A DNA stretch of 64,000 bases, taken from an uncultured Candidatus Saccharibacteria bacterium. Its GTDB lineage: Bacteria; Patescibacteriota; SOKK01. Positions 48,513 to 58,087 of the stretch are shown here, in pieces. The notes beneath the pieces are model-generated. The model made no database searches and was not told the DNA's origin. It saw only the letters and a program-made list of their open reading frames with translations. The position numbers were made by a program, and so were the translations under genes. The stretch's first letter is position 1. Each line of letters starts with the position of its first letter. The stretch lies in assembly GCA_964518965.1 (NCBI GenBank), contig CAZFJP010000003.1, positions 25,508 to 89,507 on the forward strand. Direction: 5' to 3'.

Positions 48513-48587
48513 CCGCAAATTAGAATTTAGAATGTAGAAATTAGAAATAAAATTAACCATTAACAATTAATCATTAATAATTATTTT

Positions 48588-49364
48588 ATGCACTTTCCTG
48601 TTCTCTTAAAATTAGGACCAATTAATGTTTATAGTTATGGATTTTTTGTGGCGTTAGCGTTTGTAGTAGGGGGGGTATTTATTTACTGGCAAACAAAAAA
48701 GAAACGCCTTCCTTTTTCTAAATTGCTCAATTTTTCTCCCTGGATTGTTATTGGCGTTATGATTGGAGCGAGAATATATTATGTTCTCCAACATTTTAGT
48801 TATTATCGCAATCATCTGCTTGAAGTTTTTGCTTTCTGGAATGGCGGGTTATCTATGTATGGTGGAGTTATTGCTGGTTTACTACTTCTGCTCCTGTTTT
48901 TACGCAGGCAAAGCCCACGAGAAAGATGGCTCTGGTTGGATGTTGTTATAATGAGTGTTTTACTTGGTTCAGCAATTGGAAGAATTGGTTGTTTTCTCAA
49001 TGGTTGTTGTTATGGTTTGCCGCTTAAGTTATCTTGGGGTGTTACTTCCGGATTATTGGGAGACGGAATTGAGCGTCATCCTACTCAACTTTACGAGTCG
49101 TTGGGTTATCTACTTTCCTTTTTTGTTACTTTCTTTGTTTATCAGAAAATTGGTAGAAAACTTACAATTGGAACAATTTTCTTTGGGGGAGTCGTTTTAC
49201 ATTCACTTACTCGTTTCATTGTTGAGCTTTTCCGTTTCAGTGATTCTTATCTTGGGCCATTTAAAACTGCACATTTAGTAACTTTCAGTATCATTGTTGT
49301 TGCGATTACTATTTATCTTGTTACTTACAAATCACGCTTAAAACTATCTTTGAAAGGAGCGTAA
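48588..49364 (+). CDS. lgt: Prolipoprotein diacylglyceryl transferase
   Basis: YSYG, IGARIYYV, W.GGLS.YGG, AIGRIGCFLNGCCYG, HPTQLYE, RFIVE.FR. Confidence 0.95.
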   Translation: MHFPVLLKLGPINVYSYGFFVALAFVVGGVFIYWQTKKKRLPFSKLLNFSPWIVIGVMIGARIYYVLQHFSYYRNHLLEVFAFWNGGLSMYGGVIAGLLLLLLFLRRQSPRERWLWLDVVIMSVLLGSAIGRIGCFLNGCCYGLPLKLSWGVTSGLLGDGIERHPTQLYESLGYLLSFFVTFFVYQKIGRKLTIGTIFFGGVVLHSLTRFIVELFRFSDSYLGPFKTAHLVTFSIIVVAITIYLVTYKSRLKLSLKGA

Positions 49365-49365
49365 A

Positions 49366-49749
49366 ATGAATAAAGATTATCCAGCTGAATTTATTGAGGC
49401 CCGTAAAGAGGAACTTTTGCGGCAAAAGAGGTATGTTGAGGATGAATTGAAGCATATTGCTACTTGTGATCTGCGGGGAGGGGTAGAAGGATGCAAAGCA
49501 AAATTTCCTGATTTTGGCGACAAAGAGGAGGATAATGCAACTGAAGTAGATCTCTATGAAAATTACACTTCGCTTGAGACCAATTTACAAACTCTTTTAA
49601 AAGAAGTTAATAATGCTTTGGCAAAAATCAAGCAAGGAACTTATGGCCAATGTGATAATTGCAAAGGATTAATTCCTGCGAAACGCTTAGAGGCATTTCC
49701 TGCTGCACCGCTTTGTTTGCAGTGTCAAAGCAAAAGGGAAGTGAAATAA
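49366..49749 (+). CDS. TraR/DksA C4-type zinc finger protein
   Basis: ALAKI..GTYGQCDNC...I...RLEA.P.A.LC..C. Confidence 0.9.
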   Translation: MNKDYPAEFIEARKEELLRQKRYVEDELKHIATCDLRGGVEGCKAKFPDFGDKEEDNATEVDLYENYTSLETNLQTLLKEVNNALAKIKQGTYGQCDNCKGLIPAKRLEAFPAAPLCLQCQSKREVK

Positions 49750-50211
49750 ATGAAACAGTTATTTTTTCGGATTTCTGATTTAATTTGGGTTATTGTTTTA
49801 ATTCTCATTGATCGTCTTGCCAAGATTATTGTTCAAGTATTTTTGGAACAAGATAAAGAGATTATTCTGGTTAAAAAAATCGCATCTCTTCGTTTAGTTC
49901 TAAACGAAGGTGCGATTTTTAGTCTGCCATTTGGCAGATGGATTTTGGTTTTGGGAACCGTAATTATTCTTGTTATTCTGGGCGCGCTCTATCTTCGGGG
50001 GGTGTTTCATAGAGAGACGGAATGTCTCGGAGTAGCGCTCGTTTTTGCTGGTGCAGTCGGGAATTTAGTCGATCGGCTATTTTGGGGAAGAGTTATTGAT
50101 TGGCTTTCCGTCAGTTTCTGGCCAGCGTTTAATTTTGCGGATGTAATGATTGTTTTTGGTGTAATTCTCATGGGATTGGGGGTGTTTAGAGTTGGAAAGG
50201 AAATTAAATAG
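49750..50211 (+). CDS. lspA: Signal peptidase II
   Basis: D...K, NEGAIFS, GAVGNLVDR...G.VID, FNFAD. Confidence 0.93.
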   Translation: MKQLFFRISDLIWVIVLILIDRLAKIIVQVFLEQDKEIILVKKIASLRLVLNEGAIFSLPFGRWILVLGTVIILVILGALYLRGVFHRETECLGVALVFAGAVGNLVDRLFWGRVIDWLSVSFWPAFNFADVMIVFGVILMGLGVFRVGKEIK

Positions 50212-50245
50212 GAAGTGATATAGTCAGTTTCTAAAATTGAATCAT

Positions 50246-50277
50246 AAAACTTCTACCGGTTATTGGTAGAAGTTTTT
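50246..50277. terminator. Bidirectional intrinsic terminator
   Basis: aaaacttctacc-ggttatt-ggtagaagttttt between convergent genes. Confidence 0.8.
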
Positions 50278-50299
50278 AATATTTTAATAACCTGTGCAA

Positions 50300-52612
50300 T
50301 TATTTTTTAATAATTCCAACAATTTCTTTGTCGGTATCTAGGATGGTACTGTAATTAATATTAGAGTTCAATGGCGTGCGGCTATTTTTTAACTCAATGC
50401 GTAAAGGTGCAATGGTTTCTAGGATTATATCTAATTGACTGCCGCGACTTCCGGATTGTTTTTGGGCATAGAGAACATATTTTTGCTGGGGTTTGAAGAT
50501 GCTTACTTTCAGTTTGAATGGCAAACGATATTGCAAAGTGATTTGGGAGGTTTTCTTAATTTTTGTGATTAACCACGTGCCAAAAACTGTTTTTCCCTTC
50601 TCAATTCCAATTTCAATTGGTGAGCGATTACCTTTGCTTTCCAGAAGCACACTACCCTCTGGTACCAAAACTCGCGTATAGATAATACTATCTCCCGCAC
50701 GGAAATATTTTATTCCCTTGTGTTTGTGGGTAATGGTAATGGTGCGAATAATCTCGCCATTCTCTTCAATCTCGGTTTTGCTTTGGATTGTTTCCTTAAT
50801 TACTGCAGTACTTTTGTTACCTGCAAGGTTACTGTTTATAACACTAAGATAATCGGTATATTTGTCTTTGAATTCTTTAATCTCGCCAGCGAGATTATTC
50901 TGGAAAAGTAAGTTTTGTTCTATGGGATGATAAGAGAAAGCAAGAAAATGTTTTTGTTTAACATTCTGATCAAGGATTTTTAGATATTCAAACCATTTTG
51001 ATTTATCGCTAATTAACTTTTCTAGAAGAAGCGGCGCTAAATCTACTAGAAATTCTTTAGGATTCTTTTCATTAGTATATTCTTTTTCTACTTTAAGTTG
51101 GGTGACTTGGGTAAAGTTTTCGGCAGTAAGGGTAGTTTGATATTTTTTGAGCGTAATTGGACCGGTTGCTTTCAAGAGATTTTCAATAAAAGAATTGTCA
51201 AGGGCAATTACGCCGTCAACTGATTCTCCCCCCGAGTGCTCGTAAAACCAAGCTACTTTCTGTGCCGAGGTAGGAAAATCCGGTGACCAGTTGCTGTCGC
51301 GCATTTTGAGCTTTGTGATATGCATTTTTTGGAAGGGTTTAGGTGCTGGCACTTTGACGGTACAAATACCATCGGGATTATAGACATTATCAACAAAAAA
51401 CTTGCGTACCTGTCCTTGATAAACATGAACGAGAGCATAACTTCCGATAAATCCACCGGTTGCTCGGATTTCAGTATTATTTTGGAAGAGGATTAGATAA
51501 TGACGGTTCTCTTCACTGCCCAGTGCGTTGATAATTTGGGGCAATACTTCATTAATTAATGTTAATTTATTTTCTATCTCAGGAAGATTGTTTTTTAATT
51601 GGCTGATAATCGGTTGAATATTTTCTGGCAATTCCTCAACGGCAACTTTTTTAAAATTATTGTTAGCTTTTGTAATTTCTTTTAATCCATTGGAAAAATA
51701 TTCTTTGTTTTCTTTAAGTCTAGTCGTTAGAGAGTTTTTAGGATTAACATTAGTTTCATAATTGTCAGGTAAAAAACTTTTGCCGTTGTCTAAGAATATT
51801 GGCTCCGAGAATTTAAGAAGATATTGAGCGGCACGACTTAAGTGATAGCCGGCTTCTATGGTGTTGTTACCGCTTTGGACAATAGTGCCAAAGTGGGGAG
51901 TTTTTTCAATTACCTGACGGGGAATAACACCAATCCACCTAATTGATTTTTTTGCGTCTGCAAAGGAAAATTCTGCTTTTTGGAAATTTGCTTGCGCGTT
52001 TTTGAAATCACTTTTTTCTAGTGAAATAAGGGCGTTTTTAAGATATTGGGAAGCAGAAGAAGCATCTTGAAAGGCGTTGTCTTTTGCGGCTTGGGCATGA
52101 TTATAGGTGTTATTGGCGGAAAAGACAAGGAGTAAGATAATTGCAACACAGGAAACGGAGATCAAACCATTTTGCAGTGAAAATAGTCTTTTCAGCGGAG
52201 GAAGTTTGGGGAGAGTGATCTTCTGCAGCAATAATTTTTGGAGATTTTTACCAAGAGAGGACTTGTTTGTTTTACGATAAAATGAATCTTTGGCAAAGGA
52301 TTGTTGTTGTGATTTTTGTGAAGCGATAATAAGGGAAGGAGAGGATCGTTTGAAAAATGAAGTAGTTTTTTCTTTGCTACTGTGAAGTAGTTTTTTGAAG
52401 CGATTAAAATTAAAGGGAGAAAGTTTAATTCGCGGGAAAGTCCATTGTTTTTGGGTAGGTGGAGTAGTAGCTGCTTTGTTTTTCTTGATTAATTTTAAAT
52501 CAGGATCGCCAAAAATATTCCGTCTAACTTGAGGTTTTAATCGGGGAGGACGAGGAACAAGACGAATCCCTTCCATTGCTGGATAGTCAATTTTGATTTT
52601 TGGTGTTTTCAT
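50300..52612 (-). CDS. DUF4012 domain membrane protein
   Basis: YLILFQNNTEIRATGGFIGSY, RDSNWSPDFPTSA, VDGVIA; start taken at MKTPKI. Confidence 0.85.
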   Translation of the reverse strand: MKTPKIKIDYPAMEGIRLVPRPPRLKPQVRRNIFGDPDLKLIKKNKAATTPPTQKQWTFPRIKLSPFNFNRFKKLLHSSKEKTTSFFKRSSPSLIIASQKSQQQSFAKDSFYRKTNKSSLGKNLQKLLLQKITLPKLPPLKRLFSLQNGLISVSCVAIILLLVFSANNTYNHAQAAKDNAFQDASSASQYLKNALISLEKSDFKNAQANFQKAEFSFADAKKSIRWIGVIPRQVIEKTPHFGTIVQSGNNTIEAGYHLSRAAQYLLKFSEPIFLDNGKSFLPDNYETNVNPKNSLTTRLKENKEYFSNGLKEITKANNNFKKVAVEELPENIQPIISQLKNNLPEIENKLTLINEVLPQIINALGSEENRHYLILFQNNTEIRATGGFIGSYALVHVYQGQVRKFFVDNVYNPDGICTVKVPAPKPFQKMHITKLKMRDSNWSPDFPTSAQKVAWFYEHSGGESVDGVIALDNSFIENLLKATGPITLKKYQTTLTAENFTQVTQLKVEKEYTNEKNPKEFLVDLAPLLLEKLISDKSKWFEYLKILDQNVKQKHFLAFSYHPIEQNLLFQNNLAGEIKEFKDKYTDYLSVINSNLAGNKSTAVIKETIQSKTEIEENGEIIRTITITHKHKGIKYFRAGDSIIYTRVLVPEGSVLLESKGNRSPIEIGIEKGKTVFGTWLITKIKKTSQITLQYRLPFKLKVSIFKPQQKYVLYAQKQSGSRGSQLDIILETIAPLRIELKNSRTPLNSNINYSTILDTDKEIVGIIKK

Positions 52613-52693
52613 TAAATTGAGAAACAGGATAGTGGAGATACAATGGCAGAAATGATGGCAAATATCAGATGGCGGGAGCAAGCAACATATCTA

Positions 52694-53806
52694 CTACCCG
52701 CCATCTGCGATCATTTTCAATACTTTCAGAGTTTCTTGAGCAGTTTTCTCCCAACGGAATTTTTTGCTTTGCTCCTGTCCTTTTTTGCTTAACTTAATGC
52801 GCAAACGAGGATTTTGCGCAAGGGCCTTAAACGCTTGAGTGATCTCCTGGGTATTGTTGGGATTAACAAGGATGGCACAATCTGCGGTTATTTCCGGCAG
52901 AGAGGAAATGTTGCTAGTAATTACCGGAGTACCCATTCTCATTGCTTCTAAAACCGGTAAACCAAAACCCTCATAAAATGATGGTAGTGCAAAGAATTCG
53001 CAGTTTTGATAGAGATATTTTTTTTCTTTTGCTGAAATATAATCCAAGATAATAATATCGGAATCTTTCTGGGGACACTTTCCTTTTCCCGCAATTACTA
53101 ATTTGTGAGGAAGGGTAGTTTCAGTTTTAAATTTTTTAAATGCCTTGATAATTCCATTGATGTTTTTTCGTGGTTCTTTTGTACCGAGAGTAAAAATAAA
53201 AGGTTTTTCAATTTGGGTGGAGAACCGTACTTCGTTGTTATAATTATAGTCTACAGTATTATTAGAAGCATTTGTTCCGAGAAGAGTAACTGAAATCTTT
53301 TCCGCCGGGATTTTAAAGTAATGAATTAAGTCATTTTTAGTTGATTGGGAAACAGCAATTAAGTGATCACTTGTTTGCGCTTGTTTTTTTAGTCCGAGGA
53401 TTTGATGCCAAAAGCGGGTTTTAAGTGAGAGAAGATGGGGTAGAATAACAAAGCCAAGATCATGGAAGACCATAATTTTCTTCGCAGTAGTGGCAAGCGG
53501 ACGGTAACTTGGAATAATTACGATGTCAGGTTTTATTCCAAGTAATTTTTCTAATTTTGGCCTCTGAAATAAGATAAAACTAAAGTTAAGGAGTTTGTTT
53601 GGTTTTTTCCAATTTACCAATTGGACATTTTTTGGTTTTCTTAATTCTTCAAGGAACAGTTTTTCACAAGGGGAATTGTAAAAAAGAATAAACTGGTCTT
53701 GGGGGGCAAGATGGGGTAAGTAGTAGGCAAGTTGGTAAATATATTCTTCAATTCCAGTCCATTGATCAGTATAGAATAAGGAGCGGATATCAAGAGCGAT
53801 TTTCAT
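52694..53806 (-). CDS. Glycosyltransferase family 4
   Basis: HDL, VSQSTK, GTKEPRKN, PSFYEGFGLPVLEAM. Confidence 0.92.
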   Translation of the reverse strand: MKIALDIRSLFYTDQWTGIEEYIYQLAYYLPHLAPQDQFILFYNSPCEKLFLEELRKPKNVQLVNWKKPNKLLNFSFILFQRPKLEKLLGIKPDIVIIPSYRPLATTAKKIMVFHDLGFVILPHLLSLKTRFWHQILGLKKQAQTSDHLIAVSQSTKNDLIHYFKIPAEKISVTLLGTNASNNTVDYNYNNEVRFSTQIEKPFIFTLGTKEPRKNINGIIKAFKKFKTETTLPHKLVIAGKGKCPQKDSDIIILDYISAKEKKYLYQNCEFFALPSFYEGFGLPVLEAMRMGTPVITSNISSLPEITADCAILVNPNNTQEITQAFKALAQNPRLRIKLSKKGQEQSKKFRWEKTAQETLKVLKMIADGG

Positions 53807-53809
53807 TAT

Positions 53810-54931
53810 TTATTTAGTTAAGCTGAATTGTTTTTGGTGTTCGCAATATTTTTCTTCAATAAACTTCTTAATTTTTTGCTGAAAGATTTTTTTGTCAAAC
53901 TGCAAGGAATACTGACGAATTTTATTAGGGTTAAAGACATTAGGATTAAACTTGCGAATTGCATTAATGAGGCATTGCGGTGTTTGTTCGGTAAAGAAAA
54001 CGCCACTGATGCCTGGTTTTACGGTTTCCCGAGCACCACCGCGGTTATAGGCAATGACGGGTCTTCCTGATGCCATTGCTTCCACAGGAGTAATACCAAA
54101 ATCTTCTTCGGTAGGAAAAATAAAGGCCTTGGCTTCGGCATAGAGAGTAGCTAACTCTTCGTCGCTTACGTAACCGAGAAATTCAATATTTTTCTTAGCC
54201 ATCTTTTTTAGTTTTTTTAATTCTGATCCAATACCAGCAATTTTTAAAGGTAAGCCAAGATCATTAAAGGCCTTAACAATTAAATCAAATTTTTTGTAGG
54301 GGATTAGACGGCCAAAAGCAAAATAGTAATCTTTGATTTTTTTTGCGGGTTTAAACTTGGAAACATTTACGGGCGGATAAATTACTTCTGCTTTCCATCC
54401 GTAATATTTTTTAATGCGATTAGCAACAAATTGAGAGTTAGCGATAAAGTAATCCACGCGATCTGCGGCAGCCCGATCCCAAATTCTTAAGTAATTAATT
54501 AGATAGGGCATGACAAGTTTTACGAGAGGATTGAGGATTCCGTAGCGAGGATTTTTGATGTATTCATGATAGTCACTCCAGTAGTAACGAATTGGCGTGT
54601 GGCAATAACAGATATGTAAAGTTCCTGGTTTGGTGATTACTCCTTTTGCTTCGGCATGACTGTCGGAAATGACGATATCATATTTACTGAGATCAAAATT
54701 TTCAAAAGCAAGCGGCCGTAGATGGGGGAACATTTGATGTTTGCTTTTGGCAAAAGGGATTTTCTGCAGAAAAGAGGAAATAATTTTGGTGTTTTTTAAT
54801 CGGGGGAATTTTTCGGGACGGTAAACAGAAGTATAAATTGGTGCTTTGGGGTAGAGTTCATGCATTGCCAAAAGTACTTGCTCTGCACCAGCAAGATTAG
54901 TTAACCAATCATGAACAAACGCGATTCTCAT
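53810..54931 (-). CDS. Glycosyltransferase family 4
   Basis: VHDWL...GAE, YCHTP.RY, GRL..YK, EEDFGITPVEAMASG.PV. Confidence 0.92.
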   Translation of the reverse strand: MRIAFVHDWLTNLAGAEQVLLAMHELYPKAPIYTSVYRPEKFPRLKNTKIISSFLQKIPFAKSKHQMFPHLRPLAFENFDLSKYDIVISDSHAEAKGVITKPGTLHICYCHTPIRYYWSDYHEYIKNPRYGILNPLVKLVMPYLINYLRIWDRAAADRVDYFIANSQFVANRIKKYYGWKAEVIYPPVNVSKFKPAKKIKDYYFAFGRLIPYKKFDLIVKAFNDLGLPLKIAGIGSELKKLKKMAKKNIEFLGYVSDEELATLYAEAKAFIFPTEEDFGITPVEAMASGRPVIAYNRGGARETVKPGISGVFFTEQTPQCLINAIRKFNPNVFNPNKIRQYSLQFDKKIFQQKIKKFIEEKYCEHQKQFSLTK

Positions 54932-54956
54932 AGGTTAAAGGTAGAAAATGAAAGAT

Positions 54957-55051
54957 GTCATTGCGGGTCCCATTGCGGGACGTGGCAATCCCGTCAGGTT
55001 AGCTAATGTCCTCACGGAATTGCTTCGCTCACTACGTTCGCTTGCAATGAC
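54957..55051. repeat. GTCATTGC...GCAATGAC palindromic repeat element with nested hairpins
   Basis: gtcattgcgg...gtggcaatcccgt ... acggaattgcttc...ttgcaatgac. Confidence 0.75.
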
Positions 55052-55074
55052 TATTACTTTCTGTTCTTTACCTT

Positions 55075-56499
55075 TTAAGACGTATGTCCTTGACTAAACA
55101 GAATTGTCTTAATCGTGAGGAGGATAATTTTGATATCAAATAAAAGCGTCCAGTTCTCAATATAGTAAAGATCATATTTCACCCGTTCTTCAATAGAAGT
55201 GTCGCCGCGAAGACCGTTTACCTGTGCCCAACCGGTAATTCCGCCTTTAACGCGATGGCGGTAGGCATAGCGGGGAATTTCTCGGGAGAATTTCTTAACA
55301 AATCTTGGTTGTTCCGGACGAGGACCAACAATACTCATTTCTCCTTTAAGGACATTGAAAAGTTGCGGTAATTCATCAATGCTGAATTTGCGAATGATTT
55401 TACCGATTTTAGTAACACGCGGATCGTTTTTAGTGGTCCATTTTTTTAGTTTGTCGGCATCCGGACGCATTGAACGAAATTTATAAGCCCAAAATCTTTT
55501 TTCGTCACGTCCAATTCGTTCCTGTTTATAAAATATCGGTCCAAAGTCGCTTAGTTTAATAATAATTGCGGTCAGGATTAGTATTGGCGAAAGTAAAATT
55601 AAACTGATGGTAGAGAAAGTAAGATCAAAAATTCTTTTTGCTATCCGTCCCCAACCAAGAATAGTAGGTTTTTTTACTCCGTAAATGGGAATGCCGTCAA
55701 TATTGGTAATTAAGGAGTAACGAGCGAGAAGACGAGGGATATCGGGAATAAAGCGAAATTCAATATTGCGTTTGCGGCAGGTTTCGGCAAGGTTTAAAAT
55801 ACCTACTAGTTTCTTTGTTGCAGTTAGAAGAACAATATCGGGATGATATTTTTTAATAATTTCTTCCACTTTTTGTTTGGTTCCTAAATAGCGAAAGCCA
55901 TTCTCGGTGAAGAGTTTTTCATTTTCCCGCTCGCTTACAATACCAATCAATTCAAATCCGCCTGTCGTTTTCTTGGCAGTTAAGGTTTGGATAATTTTAA
56001 TTGTTTGTTTCCCGTTACCGACAATCAAAAGTTTCTTTGTCCCGACACCGTAACGGCGGAGCGCTTTGCGTACCGTTTTGACCCAGAATCTTCCCGTGAA
56101 GATAAGGATACAGCTTAGAATAAAAGCGTAAACAATAATTAAACGGGAGAAAGGCGGGTTTTCACTGAAAAAGAAGAAAAGAACAATCAGGGTAGTGCCG
56201 AAAGAAATTGCGCCGACTAGCTTGTAAAAACCGCCGGTACCTTCACTGATTTTCTCGCGATGATAAAGTTTCGCAAACCAGAAAACAATTATCCAAATTA
56301 AGGTAATTGTTGCGATATAGAGGAGGTAAGTTTTAAAATCAATCAATTCCGAAACGGTGCGAATTTCTATATTACTTCTAATGAAATAAGCAAGAATGAA
56401 TGAACCACTAATCGCGATGATATCAGAAATCAAAAAACAGGTTGCGAAGACAGCGTCTGTATCTAAAGTTTCTTTCACTTTTTTCCAAAATCTTTTCAT
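55075..56499 (-). CDS. Undecaprenyl-phosphate sugar phosphotransferase (WcaJ/WbaP family)
   Basis: KRIFD, GPIFYKQERIG, KFRSM, DPRVT, SIDELPQL.NV..GEMS.VGPRPE, GITGWAQVNG. Confidence 0.95.
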   Translation of the reverse strand: MKRFWKKVKETLDTDAVFATCFLISDIIAISGSFILAYFIRSNIEIRTVSELIDFKTYLLYIATITLIWIIVFWFAKLYHREKISEGTGGFYKLVGAISFGTTLIVLFFFFSENPPFSRLIIVYAFILSCILIFTGRFWVKTVRKALRRYGVGTKKLLIVGNGKQTIKIIQTLTAKKTTGGFELIGIVSERENEKLFTENGFRYLGTKQKVEEIIKKYHPDIVLLTATKKLVGILNLAETCRKRNIEFRFIPDIPRLLARYSLITNIDGIPIYGVKKPTILGWGRIAKRIFDLTFSTISLILLSPILILTAIIIKLSDFGPIFYKQERIGRDEKRFWAYKFRSMRPDADKLKKWTTKNDPRVTKIGKIIRKFSIDELPQLFNVLKGEMSIVGPRPEQPRFVKKFSREIPRYAYRHRVKGGITGWAQVNGLRGDTSIEERVKYDLYYIENWTLLFDIKIILLTIKTILFSQGHTS

Positions 56500-56595
56500 C
56501 TCTGAAGTTAGTTAATATAGATTATACCAAAAAATAGAAGTCCTAAAATTAAGCGGCTCCTTTTGGATTTTGCATTTTTCGTTTTGAATTTATTT

Positions 56596-57094
56596 TGTCC
56601 ATCTAATCTGTAAGCCGAGTTCTGTTCCCCGCCTAAGTTTCATCGTTGAACTAAATCAAGACTCACTAGAATTGTCAGAACTACTGAACTGATAATGTCT
56701 TGATGGATGTCAATGATGAAATTTAGGCGGGGCGATAATCATCTCTCTAGTCCCCGACTCGCATCGGGGATCAGGCGACCAACCCGTCCCATCCGCTTCT
56801 GGCGGAGAGGCCTACTTGGTCTTACACCAGGCAGGGTTTGGCTCTTCTAAGTATCACTGCTTAGAACTGGGAGCTTTTACCTCACTCTTTTCACCCTTAC
56901 CTTAATACCGGAATGGTATAAGGCGGTTTAAGTTTCTGTGCCACTTTCCCTTGTCGTTTTCTTTTATCTAGAAGGCAAAGAAAACAACCGGTTTGGATTA
57001 CAAACTGCCTTTTTCCCAATAATGAGGGGATATGGTGCTCGGACTTTCCTCCCTGTGCCATAGGACGCAGGGCGATTATCCGATTAGATGGACA
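56596..57094 (-). ncRNA. rnpB: RNase P RNA with enlarged P19
   Basis: GAGGAAAGTCC, GAAAGTGGCACAGAAA, AACAGAACTCGGCTTAC; terminal P1 tgtccatctaatc/gattagatggaca. Confidence 0.95.
56627..56732. repeat. ~105-nt hairpin element, copy 4, inside rnpB
   Basis: ccccgcctaagtttcatcgttgaactaaatcaagac ... gtcttgatggatgtcaatgatgaaatttaggcgggg. Confidence 0.85.
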
Positions 57095-57443
57095 TTCTGA
57101 TTTTAGCTTAAAATGATGTTATTGTCAAGAAGATACCATATTATTGAAAAAATGTCAATTCTCAAGGCAATTGGGAGGGACTGGAGGTTTTTGCTGTATC
57201 TCTACATTTTAGGGTTTATCTGCTAAAATAAACTTGCAATGACAAGTAGAAGATATGAAGATTGGGAGAAAAAGGTTTTGCTTAGAGTAAGGGCTCGTGA
57301 GAAGAAAAAGCAAATGATGCCTGTTTCTGGCAAGGGAGTTTTTCAGTTACAAAAATTAATTGGGCGATCTAAATTTAAAAAGAATAATTCTAAATAAGGA
57401 TTTTTAGGGTTTTGGGTTTTGCGTTTTGAGTTGAGTTTTGAGA

Positions 57444-57495
57444 CGGGGATTGGCCCAGTTTCCGCCAGGGGCGGATGCGCCTCTGGCGCACACCT
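57444..57495 (+). repeat. tRNA-Pro 5' fragment fused to double palindrome, copy 1
   Basis: cggggattggcccagtt + tccgccaggggcggatgcgcctctggcgca + cacct; identical to 57877-57928. Confidence 0.9.
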
Positions 57496-57530
57496 TAGTT
57501 TATCTACATAATTTTTAAAGAAGGGACTAA

Positions 57531-57791
57531 ATGTTTTTTGTCTATTTTTTGAGAAGTAGAAAGAATCGGAAGATTTATACTGGAATGACAGCAAAGATAC
57601 CTTGTGAGAGATTAAAGGAACATAATTTAGGATCGAACAAATGGACGAGAAAAAATGGACCATTCAGTTTGCTCTATTATGAGAAATATTTCTGCAAAGC
57701 TGATGCTATGCAAAGAGAAAGATTTTATAAATCGGGGTTTGGTAGAAAAATCAGAGATTCAATTATTGTTGCTTTAACAAGATTTCAATGA
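57531..57791 (+). CDS. Stand-alone GIY-YIG nuclease (UPF0213-like)
   Basis: FVYFLRS....IYTGMT.....RLKEHN.G....TR...P..L.YYE......A..RE...KSG.GR. Confidence 0.92.
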   Translation: MFFVYFLRSRKNRKIYTGMTAKIPCERLKEHNLGSNKWTRKNGPFSLLYYEKYFCKADAMQRERFYKSGFGRKIRDSIIVALTRFQ

Positions 57792-57876
57792 GAATAGTTA
57801 GTATTTTAGAGAGCAAGCCTGATTTCTCCGCCAGGGGCGGATGCGAAATTTGGTTTTTCTTTTATAAACTATTTTC

Positions 57877-57928
57877 CGGGGATTGGCCCAGTTTCCGCCA
57901 GGGGCGGATGCGCCTCTGGCGCACACCT
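57877..57928 (+). repeat. tRNA-Pro 5' fragment fused to double palindrome, copy 2
   Basis: 52-nt exact direct repeat of 57444-57495. Confidence 0.9.
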
Positions 57929-57993
57929 GGCGTATCTCTGGTGCACAGGATGTGTTTTAAGATTTACTCTTTCTTTTATCAAGTTATTTTTTC

Positions 57994-58071
57994 CGGGGAT
58001 TGGCCCAGTTGGTCTAAGGCGCACGCATGGGGTGCGTGAGATCGTGAGTTCGAATCTCACATCCCCGACCA
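57994..58071 (+). tRNA. tRNA-Pro(GGG)
   Basis: CGGGGAT/ATCCCCG acceptor, CACGC-ATGGGGT-GCGTG, CCA. Confidence 0.96.
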
Positions 58072-58087
58072 TTAAAGAATTAAAAGG

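Noticed and set aside
57444-57928. CRISPR array
   Set aside because: Only two full repeats, about 430 nt apart, tRNA-derived, with no cas genes.
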